Assembly (NCBI GenBank): GCA_951406725.2
Contig: OX597820.1
Coordinates: forward strand, 110,918,001 to 110,982,000
Source of the DNA: Octopus vulgaris
Taxonomy: Eukaryota
DNA length: 64,000 nt
Direction: 5' to 3'
Made by a program: the position numbers and the translations under genes. Of this stretch, positions 40,760-54,360 are shown in pieces; position 1 is the first letter of the stretch; every line of letters starts with the position of its first letter. The notes below the pieces were generated by a model. That model was not told the DNA's origin and ran no database searches. It saw only the letters and a list, made by a program, of their open reading frames with translations.

Positions 40760-42295
40760 AAAACCAAAACGCATCATCTCCACCACTTCTGACATCAAAT
40801 TCTACAGTAACAATAGAATTTACACATGAAATGCTGCGACGTCACCTTAAGAATAAGCACAGCTATGTCTCTCTTGGTCTTGATGGTGTTATGTAGCTGC
40901 TTCTTAAACGTGGTAAATACTTTCTTTTGCACCAGCTTTCACTCTTCTCTCAGTTCTGTATTAACAACGGTGCTACTTCAGAGCTGTGGAAAACTGCTAA
41001 TGTCATTCTTCTGTTCAAAAAGGAATTCTCACACTCTTATCCGGCCCTGGCAATTTGGATTTATCCCTAACACCAGCTGCTGTGATCAACTTATCGGGTT
41101 TCTTGAAGACATCACCCGGGTCACTGATAGCGGCTCATGAGTGGGTGTTGCTTACCTTGACTATACTAAAGCTTTTAATTCTGTGTCACGCAAAACTCTC
41201 TGCAGTGAGTGTGAGAGATGATCTTTTTAACTGGCTGGAGTCCTTCATTCTCAGCCGAAAAGAGGTAGTCACGGTTCTAGTACAGCATTCTTCACCCTAT
41301 GAGATGTCATCTGGCGTACCGCAGGGATCTGTTTTTGGTGCCCTTTTGTTTGTTGCATACATTAATGACATAGATGCCAACTTAAAGAATGCCACAGTGC
41401 TGAAATATGCTGATGACATCAAGCTGTACCTTGAGATAAAAAGGATAGATTCTGAACACTGTAGATCTTTCCTGCAATCGGATCTGGACACAATATAACA
41501 ATGGATCACAGACTGGCAACTCAAGCGGGCTGTGGACAACCCAGCGTCCGCATATTCTCTCTACAACACTAATATCAAGAAGTCTTCTTGTGAACGTGAC
41601 CTGGGCATTACTGTCAGCAGCGATTTGCACTGGACGAATCACATCTCTAAAATTGTCCAGAAGACCGAGAGTGTCTTGGCATCATTCAGCAAGACCTTAG
41701 TCAGCCGCTCTCCAGCTATATATTGGAATTTGCCCCGCCAATCTGGAACCCCTATCTTACTCAAGACATTGACCTCCTGGAAACTGTTCAGAGACGTGCA
41801 GCCAAACGAATACCCTCCATCAGGCATCTACCATACTCTGAACGCCTTCCTTCCCATTGAAACTCCGACGTCTGGCAACTGACTTGGTAAACACCCACAA
41901 AATTATTAACCAATTTGCCAACGTCCATCTTGAGCACCTTTTTGAGCTCAATGTGTCTAACACACGTGAACATGCCTATAAAGTCAGAAAACAGCACAAC
42001 TCCCATGACTTTCGGAAGCATATTTTTACACTCAGAGTTGCTGAATCATAGAACAAACAACTTGCATCAGTTGTTAGTTGCCAAGACATTGCATCTTTTA
42101 AAACCTCCATGCTTCCTGAAATTCGCCAACATTACACCGGATATTGCACCTTCTATACGCATGCGCACGTGTATATCATGACTCGTACACTGTTCACTTT
42201 CCTGACTTCTGTACATAATTCCATGTACTATATATGCACCTTTGATGAGTTGTGGTGCACGTGAGCACTATACATAATAATTTCATTACTATTAT
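40760..42295 (+). mobile_element. CR1/L2-type LINE RT and 3' end, decayed
   Basis: QFGF...SC..QL, YLDY.KAF.SV, SGVPQGSVFG.LLF..YIND, KYADDIKL, ERDLGI, RKH.F..RV. Confidence 0.85.
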
Positions 42296-42302
42296 TATTT
42301 TT

Positions 42303-42440
42303 CTGTCTACCAAATCCATTTACAAGGCTTTGATCGGCCCGAGGCCGTAGCAGAATACACTTGCTGAAGGTGCCACGCAGTGGGACTGAACCCGGAACCA
42401 TGTGGTTGAGAAGCAAGCTCCTTACCACTCAGCCACGCCT
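42303..42440 (-). mobile_element. SINE family A 5' half
   Basis: Reverse complement of head and body. Confidence 0.75.
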
Positions 42441-42974
42441 CACACGTGCGCGTGCGCAAATACGCACAACATGAATAAATAATGACTGCTTGCAAAGAAA
42501 CAAGACTTGTATATGTATTCTTTCTTTTATAATTTTAATAGTTTCAGCTCGAGAGCTGCGGCCATGTTGGGGCAGAGCTTCAGGTGAGGTCTGATCGAGC
42601 AGACATAGGATCAAAAGCATTCTAGCTGTGACTATGTCTTCTTTTTTTTCTGAAAAAATATTTGAACTGCATTATTAAAAGTATCCTTTTGGTACGACAG
42701 ACTAAAACAAATAAAGAAATAAAAAGATTAAAATTAACTGTGTGGGGGGGGGGTTTGAACACACCCATACATGTACGAATGTATAAGCGCGTACGCCACA
42801 CAAGCGTGCACTCAAACATATAACAAGCACACACATACACACGCGCGTACACATACCTACGTACAGAGAGCGGGAGAGGAGAAAGAAAGAAAGAAAGAAA
42901 AAAGAAAGAATTGACGTATAAAAAATCCAAAAAATATATTGATTTCAAATTTTGACACAAGGCCAGCAATCTAT

Positions 42975-43510
42975 CTGTTTGGGTATTTGCCACAGAGAGG
43001 TTTTTCTTGCCATTTATCATTCAGAATATCTAAGGCAGCAGTTTTAGCACGGGTTTTCATGCGCTTAGCTTTTTCTGTGCCTGTTTCTTGTATGTCTAAT
43101 TCCGAAATTTGTTGTATTCGGTCAATATTTGTTGGACTTTCTTCATTTGTTTGATGTTCATCTGTCTTAGTGTTTATGATTGGTTCGGGGGAGTATTTCA
43201 CTTTGCCTATCACTTATACTAACTCTTTCTATCCTTACTGCGTTTTTATCAGCCCTGGGCTGGTCTATAATTATTTCCTCTGTATTATCTTCTTTAGCTG
43301 CGGCTTCGTTATTTTTATCCGTTACTGCTTGTTTAATTTGGTCAATCTCTACTTCAGTCAGTAATTTTTTTTTATAATGTTTCTTCTGACGTTGGTAAGT
43401 TTGTTACTGTCTATGTAGGGTCTTACTTCAGGGTGTTTCTGTCTCCAGTTTATGTAGGTTTGTACAGTGTTTGTGGGGAAATATATGGCATGGTAGAAGG
43501 CCGCAAGAAC
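42975..43510 (-). mobile_element. R4/Dong-type LINE fragment adjoining (TAA)n
   Basis: KWQEKPLCGKYP matches RWQEKLLHGKYW at ~58350. Confidence 0.6.
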
Positions 43511-43577
<67 letters not shown>

Positions 43578-43578
<1 letters not shown>

Positions 43579-44134
43579 GAGTGAGAGAGCAGTTCATGCC
43601 ATCAAAGTGACACTGGGGTAAAATATACGAAGCCCAATATACCCATCATGACTACCCGTCTGATAAGGGTACACCAGGCACATGCATCACAACCATGTGT
43701 GCGTGACATGGTGATCTCATATCAAGATAAACAGCACATGACCTTGCAGGTGGGGTCCAGTTAGAATTTTCTTCAGGTCGAGTAGCCCATCCCGCTCAAA
43801 AGGTCCCTGAATAAGGGTTGTTTAAGGATGTTGAAAGAACCACCCATGTTTCCAGAGGTGAATTATTCAAACCCCAAAGAATCCCTCTCAACACATGGCT
43901 ATGATGCTCCCCCACTACTTCCGCTTGTGATCAGAGATGCACTTATTGTCCAGCCACTAAGGGACATGCTCAACTGGTTAAGGCCAAACAACTGACAAGC
44001 AAATCTGTGGTACTGAGCAGAATATTTGCTGTAGCCCATCTTTTATACCAAGACAAAACAATGTACATGATAACACTTCCAATCAGTTAAGATCAGAAGC
44101 CATGAGAGCCATTGCCTGGTACTGCAACATGGCA
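43578..44134 (-). mobile_element. Family E retroposon, copy 1 of 3 in tandem
   Basis: ~555-bp unit bounded by (TTA)n on both sides. Confidence 0.85.
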
Positions 44135-44220
<86 letters not shown>

Positions 44221-44230
44221 TTATTATTAT

Positions 44231-44786
44231 TGAGTGAGCGAGCAGAGCATGCCATCAAAGTGACACTGAGGTAAAATATACGAAGCCCAGTATACCCATC
44301 ATGACTACCCGTCTGATAAGGGTACACTAGGCACATGCATCACAACCATATGTGCGCGACATGGTGATCTCATATCAAGATAAACAGCACATGACCTTGC
44401 AGGTGGGGCCCAGTTAGAATTTTCTTCAGATCGAGTAACCCATCCCGCTCAAAAGGTCCCTGAATAAGGGTTGTTTAAGGACGTTGAACGAACCACCCAT
44501 GTTTCCAGGGGTGAACTATTCAAACCCCAAAGAATCCCTCTCAACACATGGCTATGATGCTCCCCCACTACTTCTGCTCGTGATCAGAGATGCACATATC
44601 GTCAGCCACTAAGGGACATGCTTAACTGATTATGGTCAAACAACTGGCAAACAGATCTGTGGCATTGAGCAGAATATTTGCTGCAGCCCATCTTTTATAC
44701 CAAGACAAAACAATATACATGATAACACTTCCAATCAGTTAAGATCGGAAGCCATGAGAGCCACTGTCTGGTATTGCATCAGGGCA
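44231..44786 (-). mobile_element. Family E retroposon, copy 2
   Basis: Same ends as copy 1, high identity. Confidence 0.85.
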
Positions 44787-44858
<72 letters not shown>

Positions 44859-44935
44859 CATCATCATCATCATCCTCCTCATCATCATCATTATTATTAT
44901 CATCATCATTATTATTATTATTATTATTATCATCA

Positions 44936-44996
<61 letters not shown>

Positions 44997-45090
44997 CATC
45001 ATCATCATCATCATCCTCATCATCATCATTATTATTATCATCATCATTATTATTATTATTATTATTATCATCATTATTATTATTATTATC

Positions 45091-45123
<33 letters not shown>

Positions 45124-45246
45124 GTTGTCGTTGTTATTTAAGACGTCGCATAGTATCCAATATCATGATGTTGCTGATTTTGGATATTGTGTCTACCGTA
45201 GGTTTGTACTGTATGTCATCATCCTCATTATTATTATTATTACTAT

Positions 45247-45797
45247 TGTGTGAGAGAGCAGTTCATGCCATCAAAGTGACACTGGGGTAAATATACGAAG
45301 CCCAGTATACTCATCATGACTGTCCGTCTGATAAGGGTACACCAGGCACATGCATCACAACCATATGTGCGTGACATGGTGATCTCATATCAAGATAAAC
45401 AGCACATGACCTTGCAGGTGGGGCCCAGTTAGAATTTTCTTCTGGTCGAGTAACCCATCCCGCTCAAAAGATCCCTAAATAAGGATTGTTTAAGGTTGAA
45501 CGAACCACCCATGTTTCCAGAGGTGAATTATTCAAACTCCAAAGAATCCCTCTCAACACATGGCTATGATGCTCCCCCACTACTTCTGCTCGTGATCAGA
45601 AATGCACATATCGTCAGCCACTAAGGGACATGCTTAACTGATTATGGTCAAACAACTGGCAAACAGATCTGTGGTATTGAGCAGAATATTTGCTGTAGCC
45701 CATCTTTTATACCAAGACAAAACAATGTACATGATAACACTTCCAATCAGTTAAGATCAGAAGCCATGAGAGCCACTGCCTGGTACTGCATCAGGGC

Positions 45798-45798
<1 letters not shown>
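45247..45798 (-). mobile_element. Family E retroposon, copy 3
   Basis: Same ends as copies 1 and 2. Confidence 0.85.
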
Positions 45799-45863
<65 letters not shown>

Positions 45864-46473
45864 TATTATTATTATGGCCCTCAGCCTGTGAAGTCATACA
45901 ACTTGGACCTCCGTAATTTGTAAGTGTTTAATCAAGCATTTGGGCTGGTTGCAGCCCGCTTATTCAAAATTTTGCTAACAAGCATTTTGCTTACATTGTC
46001 TGGATGGTAGTGATAACATTTTGTATAATTGCACCTAATTTATTTTTTGGTGGTGGCGGCGGTAACAACTGTTTTGCATTTTTGCATTTTTTATGAAGAC
46101 AGGATTCCATTCATTTTCCCAATTTGAAAAAATGTCAGATTTGGAAAAATAATTATCGACCAAGAGCAGCGTTCTGTTGAAACTCTGAAAACAAACGCAG
46201 CCGAAGGTGGAATGAATTTTTCGCCAAAGAGAAATATAATTTCCCCTTGTTGCTACGATGACAGAAACAAGTGCAAAAGTACTAGCAACAATGATAATGA
46301 TGACGACTTCTACAGCAGCAGCAACAACGTGAATAGCATCAGCATCAGCATCACCACCACCATCACCACCACCATCACCACCACTACCACCACCACCACC
46401 ACCACCAACACCACCACTACCACAAATGGTATAAACAACGACAATAACAGCAACTGTATCAACAACAACATCA

Positions 46474-46846
46474 GGAGGCGCAATGGCCCAGTGGTTAGGG
46501 CAGCGGACTCGCGGTCGGAGGATCTCGGTTTCGATTCCCAGACCGGGCGTTGTGTGTGTTTATTGAGCGAAAACACCTAAAGCTCCACGAGGCTCCGGTA
46601 GGAGGTGGTGGCGACCCCAGTTGTACTCTTTTGCTCCAACTTTCTATCATTCTTTCTTCCTACTTCTTGTCCCCGACTTCCTACGCAACTGCTGAGCCTG
46701 GATGCACATCCATCCATCCGTCGAAGCTCTCGGTGTCGGGGGGTTGACCTGCTTTCTCTTCTGCAGGTCTTACGAATAGCAAAGGACCACATTTTGGACT
46801 TCTCCCAAGGGACGAAGACCGCTTCGCTCAACAAAGAAACAAAACA
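46474..46846 (+). mobile_element. tRNA-derived SINE family D
   Basis: Head ggaggcgcaatggcccagtggttagg...gtttcgattccc, A-rich tail, flanked by long direct repeats. Confidence 0.75.
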
Positions 46847-47619
46847 AACAGCAGCAACAACGTGAATAGCAGCAGCATCATCACCACCACCACCACCACC
46901 ACCACCACCACTAGCACCACCACCATCACTAGCACAGATGGTAGAAACAACAACAATAACAGCAACTGTATCAACAACAACATCAATAACAAGATGAACA
47001 AGAAAACATGAACAACAAGATTGAAAACAACAGTGATAACTGTTTGGAAAACAACAACAACAACGACGACGACGACGACGACACCAACAATAGCAGTAGC
47101 AGCAGTAATAACACGATGAACTTCAGTTACTTCCTTTCCTAAAGCCGTTAGCAATTGGACTGTTTTTTCAGTGAATGACTTAAAAAATAAGGCACTGAAA
47201 TATAAGAGTGACATTATGAAGCCAGGTGTTATGTGCCTTAGTGAGGAGGAGAAAAAATGCCCCGAAAGACGAACAATTGTTTATAAATGTGTTTCTCGCA
47301 AGGAGAGGAAACTTAAATTTCCTGCTCCTGCGGAGACTGAAAAATGCCTCGAAGATGTGTGTACAGAAAGGTAAACAATATAGGATGGTCGCTGCTATAT
47401 GCAGCAGTGAGCAAGAAGCCAGAAGAATGGCTACTATAATTTGCACGTCTCAGGCATTTCTAATGATTTCCCATTACATGGGTAAAAGGTTGACTCGAAT
47501 TCAAGTCTAGAATGTGCCGGGTCACCGTGTTCCGGCGAGGGTTTTAGCCATTCTAGAGGAGCAAAGGGAGATTGTGGAGATGAAGTCCACACAACAACTC
47601 AACAAGACTGGAATTCTTA

Positions 47620-47790
47620 TGGTTTCGCACCTATAAAGTACTTAGCAGTAAAAACCAACTGACCCTTACGTATCTCGTCCTCCAGTTTCTGGAGAGGTTA
47701 TGAGCCTTCAGTCATTTGAGACTGACAAGTTGCCTATACTGCTAAGCGCTTTATAGGTGCGAGACCAATGGTCATCCTATGACCAGCCAT
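47620..47790 (+). repeat. 31-bp inverted repeat enclosing small hairpins
   Basis: Arms 47620-47650 / 47737-47767. A further hairpin tggtcat-cct-atgacca precedes (ATAC)n. Confidence 0.7.
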
Positions 47791-47865
47791 AACTTTTATT
47801 TTCCTACGATACATACATACATACATACATACATACATACATACATACATACATACATACATACA

Positions 47866-47937
<72 letters not shown>

Positions 47938-47941
<4 letters not shown>

Positions 47942-48353
47942 GTGAATGGAATAAATTGAGTTGAACGAAGATTGTACAGAATACCTTTTATTACATTCTA
48001 CACATGTTTCGAAGGCCACAAATTTCCAAATTCTGTTTAAATAAGGGTACCATATTGCGGCTTTCTCTTCAGGAAAAAGCCGCAATATGGTACCCTAATT
48101 TAAACAGAATTTGGAAATTTGTGGCCTTCGAAACATGTGTAGAATGTAATAAAAGGTATTCTGTACAATCTTCGTTCAACTCCATTTATTCCATTCACTA
48201 ATAATATTAAACTTCAATTATCCGCTCCAACGCACGGTTGCAACACCAAATGGTCTTATCTCCAACCGTGCTGTTTTCCGCTGTGATTTTTGCTACCCAG
48301 GTATCGGTTAAACCTTTGAATAATCTGTTACAAGAAAATTCATCTTTCTATTT

Positions 48354-48357
<4 letters not shown>
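47938..48357 (+). mobile_element. Fold-back PLE-terminus insertion (family Y) with hammerhead at 47996-48075 (-)
   Basis: ~127-bp arms with 2 mismatches, plus tail. Minus strand ttc-CTGAAGA-gaaagccgcaa...ttgtggccttc-GAAAC-ATGT-GTA-gaa. Confidence 0.8.
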
Positions 48358-48383
<26 letters not shown>

Positions 48384-48385
<2 letters not shown>

Positions 48386-50818
48386 GGTGTTAAACGCAGG
48401 TGTTATTCAATTTCTTTTACTTCCAACACATGTTTCGAAGTCAACATTGGTAAATCAAACTCATCAATAATACATTTTAAAAGAATGTGATGGATGTGTA
48501 TAATGATGAAGGGAATGCTATTAAGTTGTTTTTTTTAAAAACGTTAGAAGATATAACGTCAAAGGTAGCCTATAGAAAGAGAAAGGATAAAGGAAAGAAA
48601 TAAGCAGAAAACTAATAATGGGGAAATATAGAGCGATATGTAAATTAAAATAAAGGCTTGGAAATAGATACATCTAGTGGAAGTGAAATGTAAGAAGAAA
48701 ATCAATGTTCAAATTATATAAAATGGTAGATATCACTTATATGGACTAAAGGTATGTTTCTGCCAATGTTTACATCGATAAGCAAGCTCTATAAACGTGT
48801 TTACAAGGAGATTATTAGAAAATAGAATATACAATAGTTCACTATTGCATTTATTACTATCCCTAAATGTAGAATAATTAGAAATTCTTTAATAGCTGAA
48901 TTGGTCGGTACGTATATACTTTATGAAATGGCTGACCAGTTCCCAAGCATCAATGGAGGTCTCTATCGTGATGATTGCCTACTCCACCTTCAAAATGTTT
49001 CTAACTAAAAAGTACAAAAAGTTAAGAATAGTTTAATTAAGTTTTTCCATGGAATGGGCTCAGGTATCGTTTTTGATGATGATGTAACGAAAGCCAACTT
49101 TTTAGATATTACACTTAACTTACACAATAATTCGTACTTCCCATACAACAAACCATCAACCAATCTTATGTATATTAGAGCCAATTCAGTAATTATTCTA
49201 GGGCAATCACTAAGAATTTAGTTTTAAATATTTCATTAAGATTGTCTAAGTTATCTGCTAATGTTGACATTTTCAACACGGCTGAATTTTATAACTCTGC
49301 CTTACTTAAAGCAGGTTATACAGAGAAAGTTACCTACATTAATTCCATTCAATCTCATTCTACTTTTACTAATGGAGACATGAAATCTAGTTGTAACGAC
49401 GTGAACGTTTTTAATTTTAATTTAGACTCCAACATCAAACAGAGTAATGTTTTTTTTGAAGCGTAAGTAAGATAACCGTTATTTAAGAACCTCTTTTTCA
49501 TTCTAAAGGTAAATCAATGTCTTTTAAAGATAGTTACACTAAAAATAAGGCAACTACTAGCAAAATTATTTGGTTGGTTATTCCTTATGGGTGGCAAATT
49601 AAATCTAATCTTCCTTTCCAGTTTCGTGAACCTGTTATTAAGAATTTCCCAAAGAATTCTAGGTATTACTCGATTATCAACTCGCACACGGTTAGGATTA
49701 GCTTTTCTAACACAAAAAATCTATCACAAATTATCTCTTCACATAATATTAGTCTGTTAAATAAGAATCCAATTACTGAAAATAATAACATTAATTTAGC
49801 TAATACTAGCCATCCTCCTAGAAATATTAACAATGTTATTGTCTCTGAAGTCAATTCCAACGGAATTAAGCTTATGTGTAATAATTCTAAGACTGAAACC
49901 TCTATATACCAGTATAAAATTACTTCCGGTACCGATGTCATTTTCTATATAGGTAGTTCTTCTCAGTTATCTAAAAGAATTTCTAATAATTTACATTTAG
50001 GGATAGTAATAAACGCAACATTACAGGGCCTAGTAAATTAATTTGATATCTGAAAGTTCATAATATGCAATATAATTTAGATAGGTTGATTCTCTCCATT
50101 TCATTCCCATACGATAAAGGCAAAGAATTCTGCCAACTCCGTAATTGTATATTCTATTTTCTAATAATCTCTTTGTAAACACGTTTATAGAGCTTGCTTA
50201 TCGATGTAAACATTGGCAGAAACATACCTTTAGTCCATATAAGTGATATCTACCATTTTATATAATTTGAACATTGATTTTCTTCTTATATTTCACTTCC
50301 ACTAGATGTATCTATTTCCAAGCCTTTATTTTAATTTACATATCCCTCTATATTTCTCCTTTATTAAATTTCTGCTTATTTCTTTCCTTTACCCCTTCTC
50401 TTTCTATAGGCTACCTTTGACGTTATATCTTCTAAGGTTTTTTTTAAAAAAAAACTTAATAGCATTCCCTTCATCATTATACATATCCATCGCATTCTGT
50501 TAAAATGTCTTATTGATGAGTTTGATTTCTTTCTTTCCCTGATGAGAAGATTACATTGTTTTAAACCATTTTATTCCTTTTGGAATAATACCAATGTTGT
50601 CTTCGAAACATATGTCAGAAGTAAAAGAATTTGAATAACACCTATGTTTAGCTCCATTTATTTATTTATATATATTATACAAAATATTCCGCATCAACCC
50701 GGAGTTTCTACCTTTACAAACAGGGTGTTACGTCATTATATGTGGGATTTTTGGCTGCTCTGGTAACTGTTTATTTATTTTTTCCGTGTTAATTGTAACC
50801 AAGGGAAAATACACACAT

Positions 50819-50820
<2 letters not shown>
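48384..50820 (+). mobile_element. Decayed Penelope-like element with inverted pLTR
   Basis: Arms 48384-48835 / 50144-50657. Internal GLYRDDCL, NFLDITLNL...PY.KP, and IYQYKI..IFYIGSS (GIY-YIG). Confidence 0.85.
50535..50620 (+). ncRNA. Type-I hammerhead ribozyme in pLTR
   Basis: ttcc-CTGATGA-gaagattacattg...caatgttgtcttc-GAAAC-ATAT-GTC-agaa. The inverted arm preserves ggaa, which restores stem I. Confidence 0.7.
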
Positions 50821-50912
<92 letters not shown>

Positions 50913-51068
50913 GTATGTATGTATGTATGTTTGTATATATATGCATACATATATACTTATAACAGATAGAAAGGGCGGGAAAGAGAGAGAGAGAGAAAGA
51001 GAGAGAGAGAGTGAGAGAGAAATTTTAACAAATATCGTTTTAGCATAACGTTTAAGTGGATGAAAAGA

Positions 51069-51105
51069 GTCTTGACGTTTCAGACGCAATTCTTCATCAG
51101 AATAC
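51069..51105 (-). ncRNA. Minimal hammerhead motif
   Basis: gtatt-CTGATGA-aga-attgcg-tct-GAAAC-GTC-aagac, with one stem I mismatch. A diverged homolog lies at 10162-10255. Confidence 0.65.
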
Positions 51106-51978
51106 AAATATAGAACAAAAGTATAAGAAGAGACTGAAAGAGTAAAAGTAGTTGAAGTGGAAAAAAACGGACAAGGGCTAAGTGGGAATGAGATTTTACG
51201 GGGGAGTTAGTGAATGGAGGGGGATTAAGACGAAAGGGAAATTAAGAAACACACATTTGTATAAATATATGTATTTATAACTCATACCTACTCATACATA
51301 TATGCATACGTATTTGTGTACGGATGTATGTATGTTTAGGCATACGTCAATGTATGAATACACATAATAATGTGTAGATTTGTCTACTCGCCATATGAAA
51401 CAATAAGGAGATGCAAACATGAGAACAGTCACCCACAAATATAAAATCGAGCATACGTAGTATGCATGACATTTAGGAAATTATGACACCTCATTTCTTT
51501 TTCAAAAATCAATTGTTTTCTGATGCTAAAATGGAACTTCCTACTTTTGTATTAAACAAATGACTTGGGAGTTAAGCTTTATTCACATCATTGTTATTTA
51601 TTTGTGAATTAAGTTGCAACACGGTGTGAAAACTTGTTTTAATCCTGTTCATGAGAACACAGTCTTTGTTTGATATTGATAGCATTTGTTGCTGGTGGTG
51701 CTGTTGATAATTATGGCAGGTTAAATGAGAAAATAAATCAATAGAAATATGACTTAACTTCTATTAAATCGCCATTTTGACTGACTATGATCCAAATAAT
51801 TTTGAAATTTATGCCTGTTAAAATATTTGGCATTAATTTATTTTCTGTTTCTTAGCTAGCAACTTAGCTACCATCCTACCTACATATCTACCTATCTTCA
51901 TTCCGACTTTTTATCTACGATTCTACATTCCTACATATATATCTATTTTCCTACCTAACTGCCTACCAAGCTACATTC

Positions 51979-52078
<100 letters not shown>

Positions 52079-52649
52079 TTATCTATCTATCTGTTTGTCG
52101 TTTTCTCTCTCTCTTTCTCTCTGCCTAGCCTAATAACCTACCTGCATAAAACCAACTCATCTGCCTATATACTTTACTCTCTATCTAATACTTACCTACC
52201 TACCTACCTACCTACCTACCTACCTACCTACCTACCTACCTACCTACCTACCTACCTACCTACCTACCTACTTACCTACCTACCTTTCTATGTACCTAAT
52301 TATCTTTCCTACCTTTCTAACTACTTACCTATTTTTCAATTCACCTACCTATCATAGTAGCTATCTCCCTTCATGTATACCTCCTTACCTATCTACATTC
52401 ACATATTACTTGCTTCCATATCGAACTGTCTAGCTACTTACTTTTCTACACATGGACCACCTTTCCGAAGTACCTACCTACCTACCTTCATTACCTACCT
52501 ACCTACATACGTACGTACCTACTTACGTACGTACGTACGTACCCTACCTACCTACCTACTTACCTACCCACCCTCCATACGTACCTGCGTTCATACACAC
52601 TAACATTTCTTACCTGATGACAAAATTACCTAATAATAATGCTTTCTAG

Positions 52650-53395
<746 letters not shown>

Positions 53396-54169
53396 TAATG
53401 CAATTAATTATGGCAACCTGTATATTATATCTAGTTTTAAATTTCAATTCTTACAACGTTGTAAGAAGCACTTTTTTATGTTGTTGTTCAGACCCAAGTC
53501 AGTCTTAGTCAAGCAGATCTATGCTCAAGACTATATCGGGCGTCATCGCTCTGATCGCATTCAATGAGCTGTTGACTTAAGACGTTATTTCTAGCAAAAC
53601 GAGTGACTATATGGAGGATTTCTTGTTGGCTCCGAGAAATAAGTACGAGTTCATTAATGTACAGACGTGGTTACACTCAACTTACATCGCACTCCATGCC
53701 ATTCTTAGTCTCTTCTCTATCGATCTCTTTCTCACACACATACACACAACGTATACCCAAGCTCCACAATCTCTGACTCTTTCTCTTTCTCTTTCTTTCT
53801 CTCAAGATTATGTTGCATTGCTACTTTATCTACAAGCTTTATTGGCATAAATCAGTCCTTCTCAAACATTTTTCAATTCCCACCGCTTTACTTTTACTAA
53901 CACATTTTTACGGTCTTTTCTTTTATTAACACTTTTTCTACGATTCAACTTCTATGTTTTTAATGTATATACGCGTAATATCAGACCAGAGTAATTTAGT
54001 TCTGGGTACTAGTTTTATGTGCGTGACTACTTACGCGTTAAATAAGAACCACTTCTGTTATGTTTGTGCTTCTCAAAGAGAGACTGTGTATAATTTTATA
54101 TGAGTACTGGAGACGAAGGGCGTTGTGTGGGGCGGCTAATGTATCTAATATTTTTAGACTTTGTTTTTT

Positions 54170-54360
54170 GAGCTGGCAGAATCGTTAGCACACCGGGCAT
54201 TTCGTCTGTCTTCACGTGCTGAATTCAAATTCCGCTGAGGTCGGCTTTGCTTTTCATCCTTTCGGGATCGATAAAATAAGTACCAGTTTAATACTGGAGT
54301 CGATGTAATTGACTTACTTCTCTTCGAAAATGCTGGCCCTGTGCCAATATTGAAATCAAT
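54170..54360 (+). mobile_element. SINE family B
   Basis: gagctggcagaatcgttagcac...ctttcgggatcgataaaataagtacc. Confidence 0.75.

Noticed and set aside
43578-45798. CRISPR-like array or satellite
   Set aside because: Units are ~555 bp, separated by microsatellites, and occur dispersed elsewhere. The context is eukaryotic with no cas genes.
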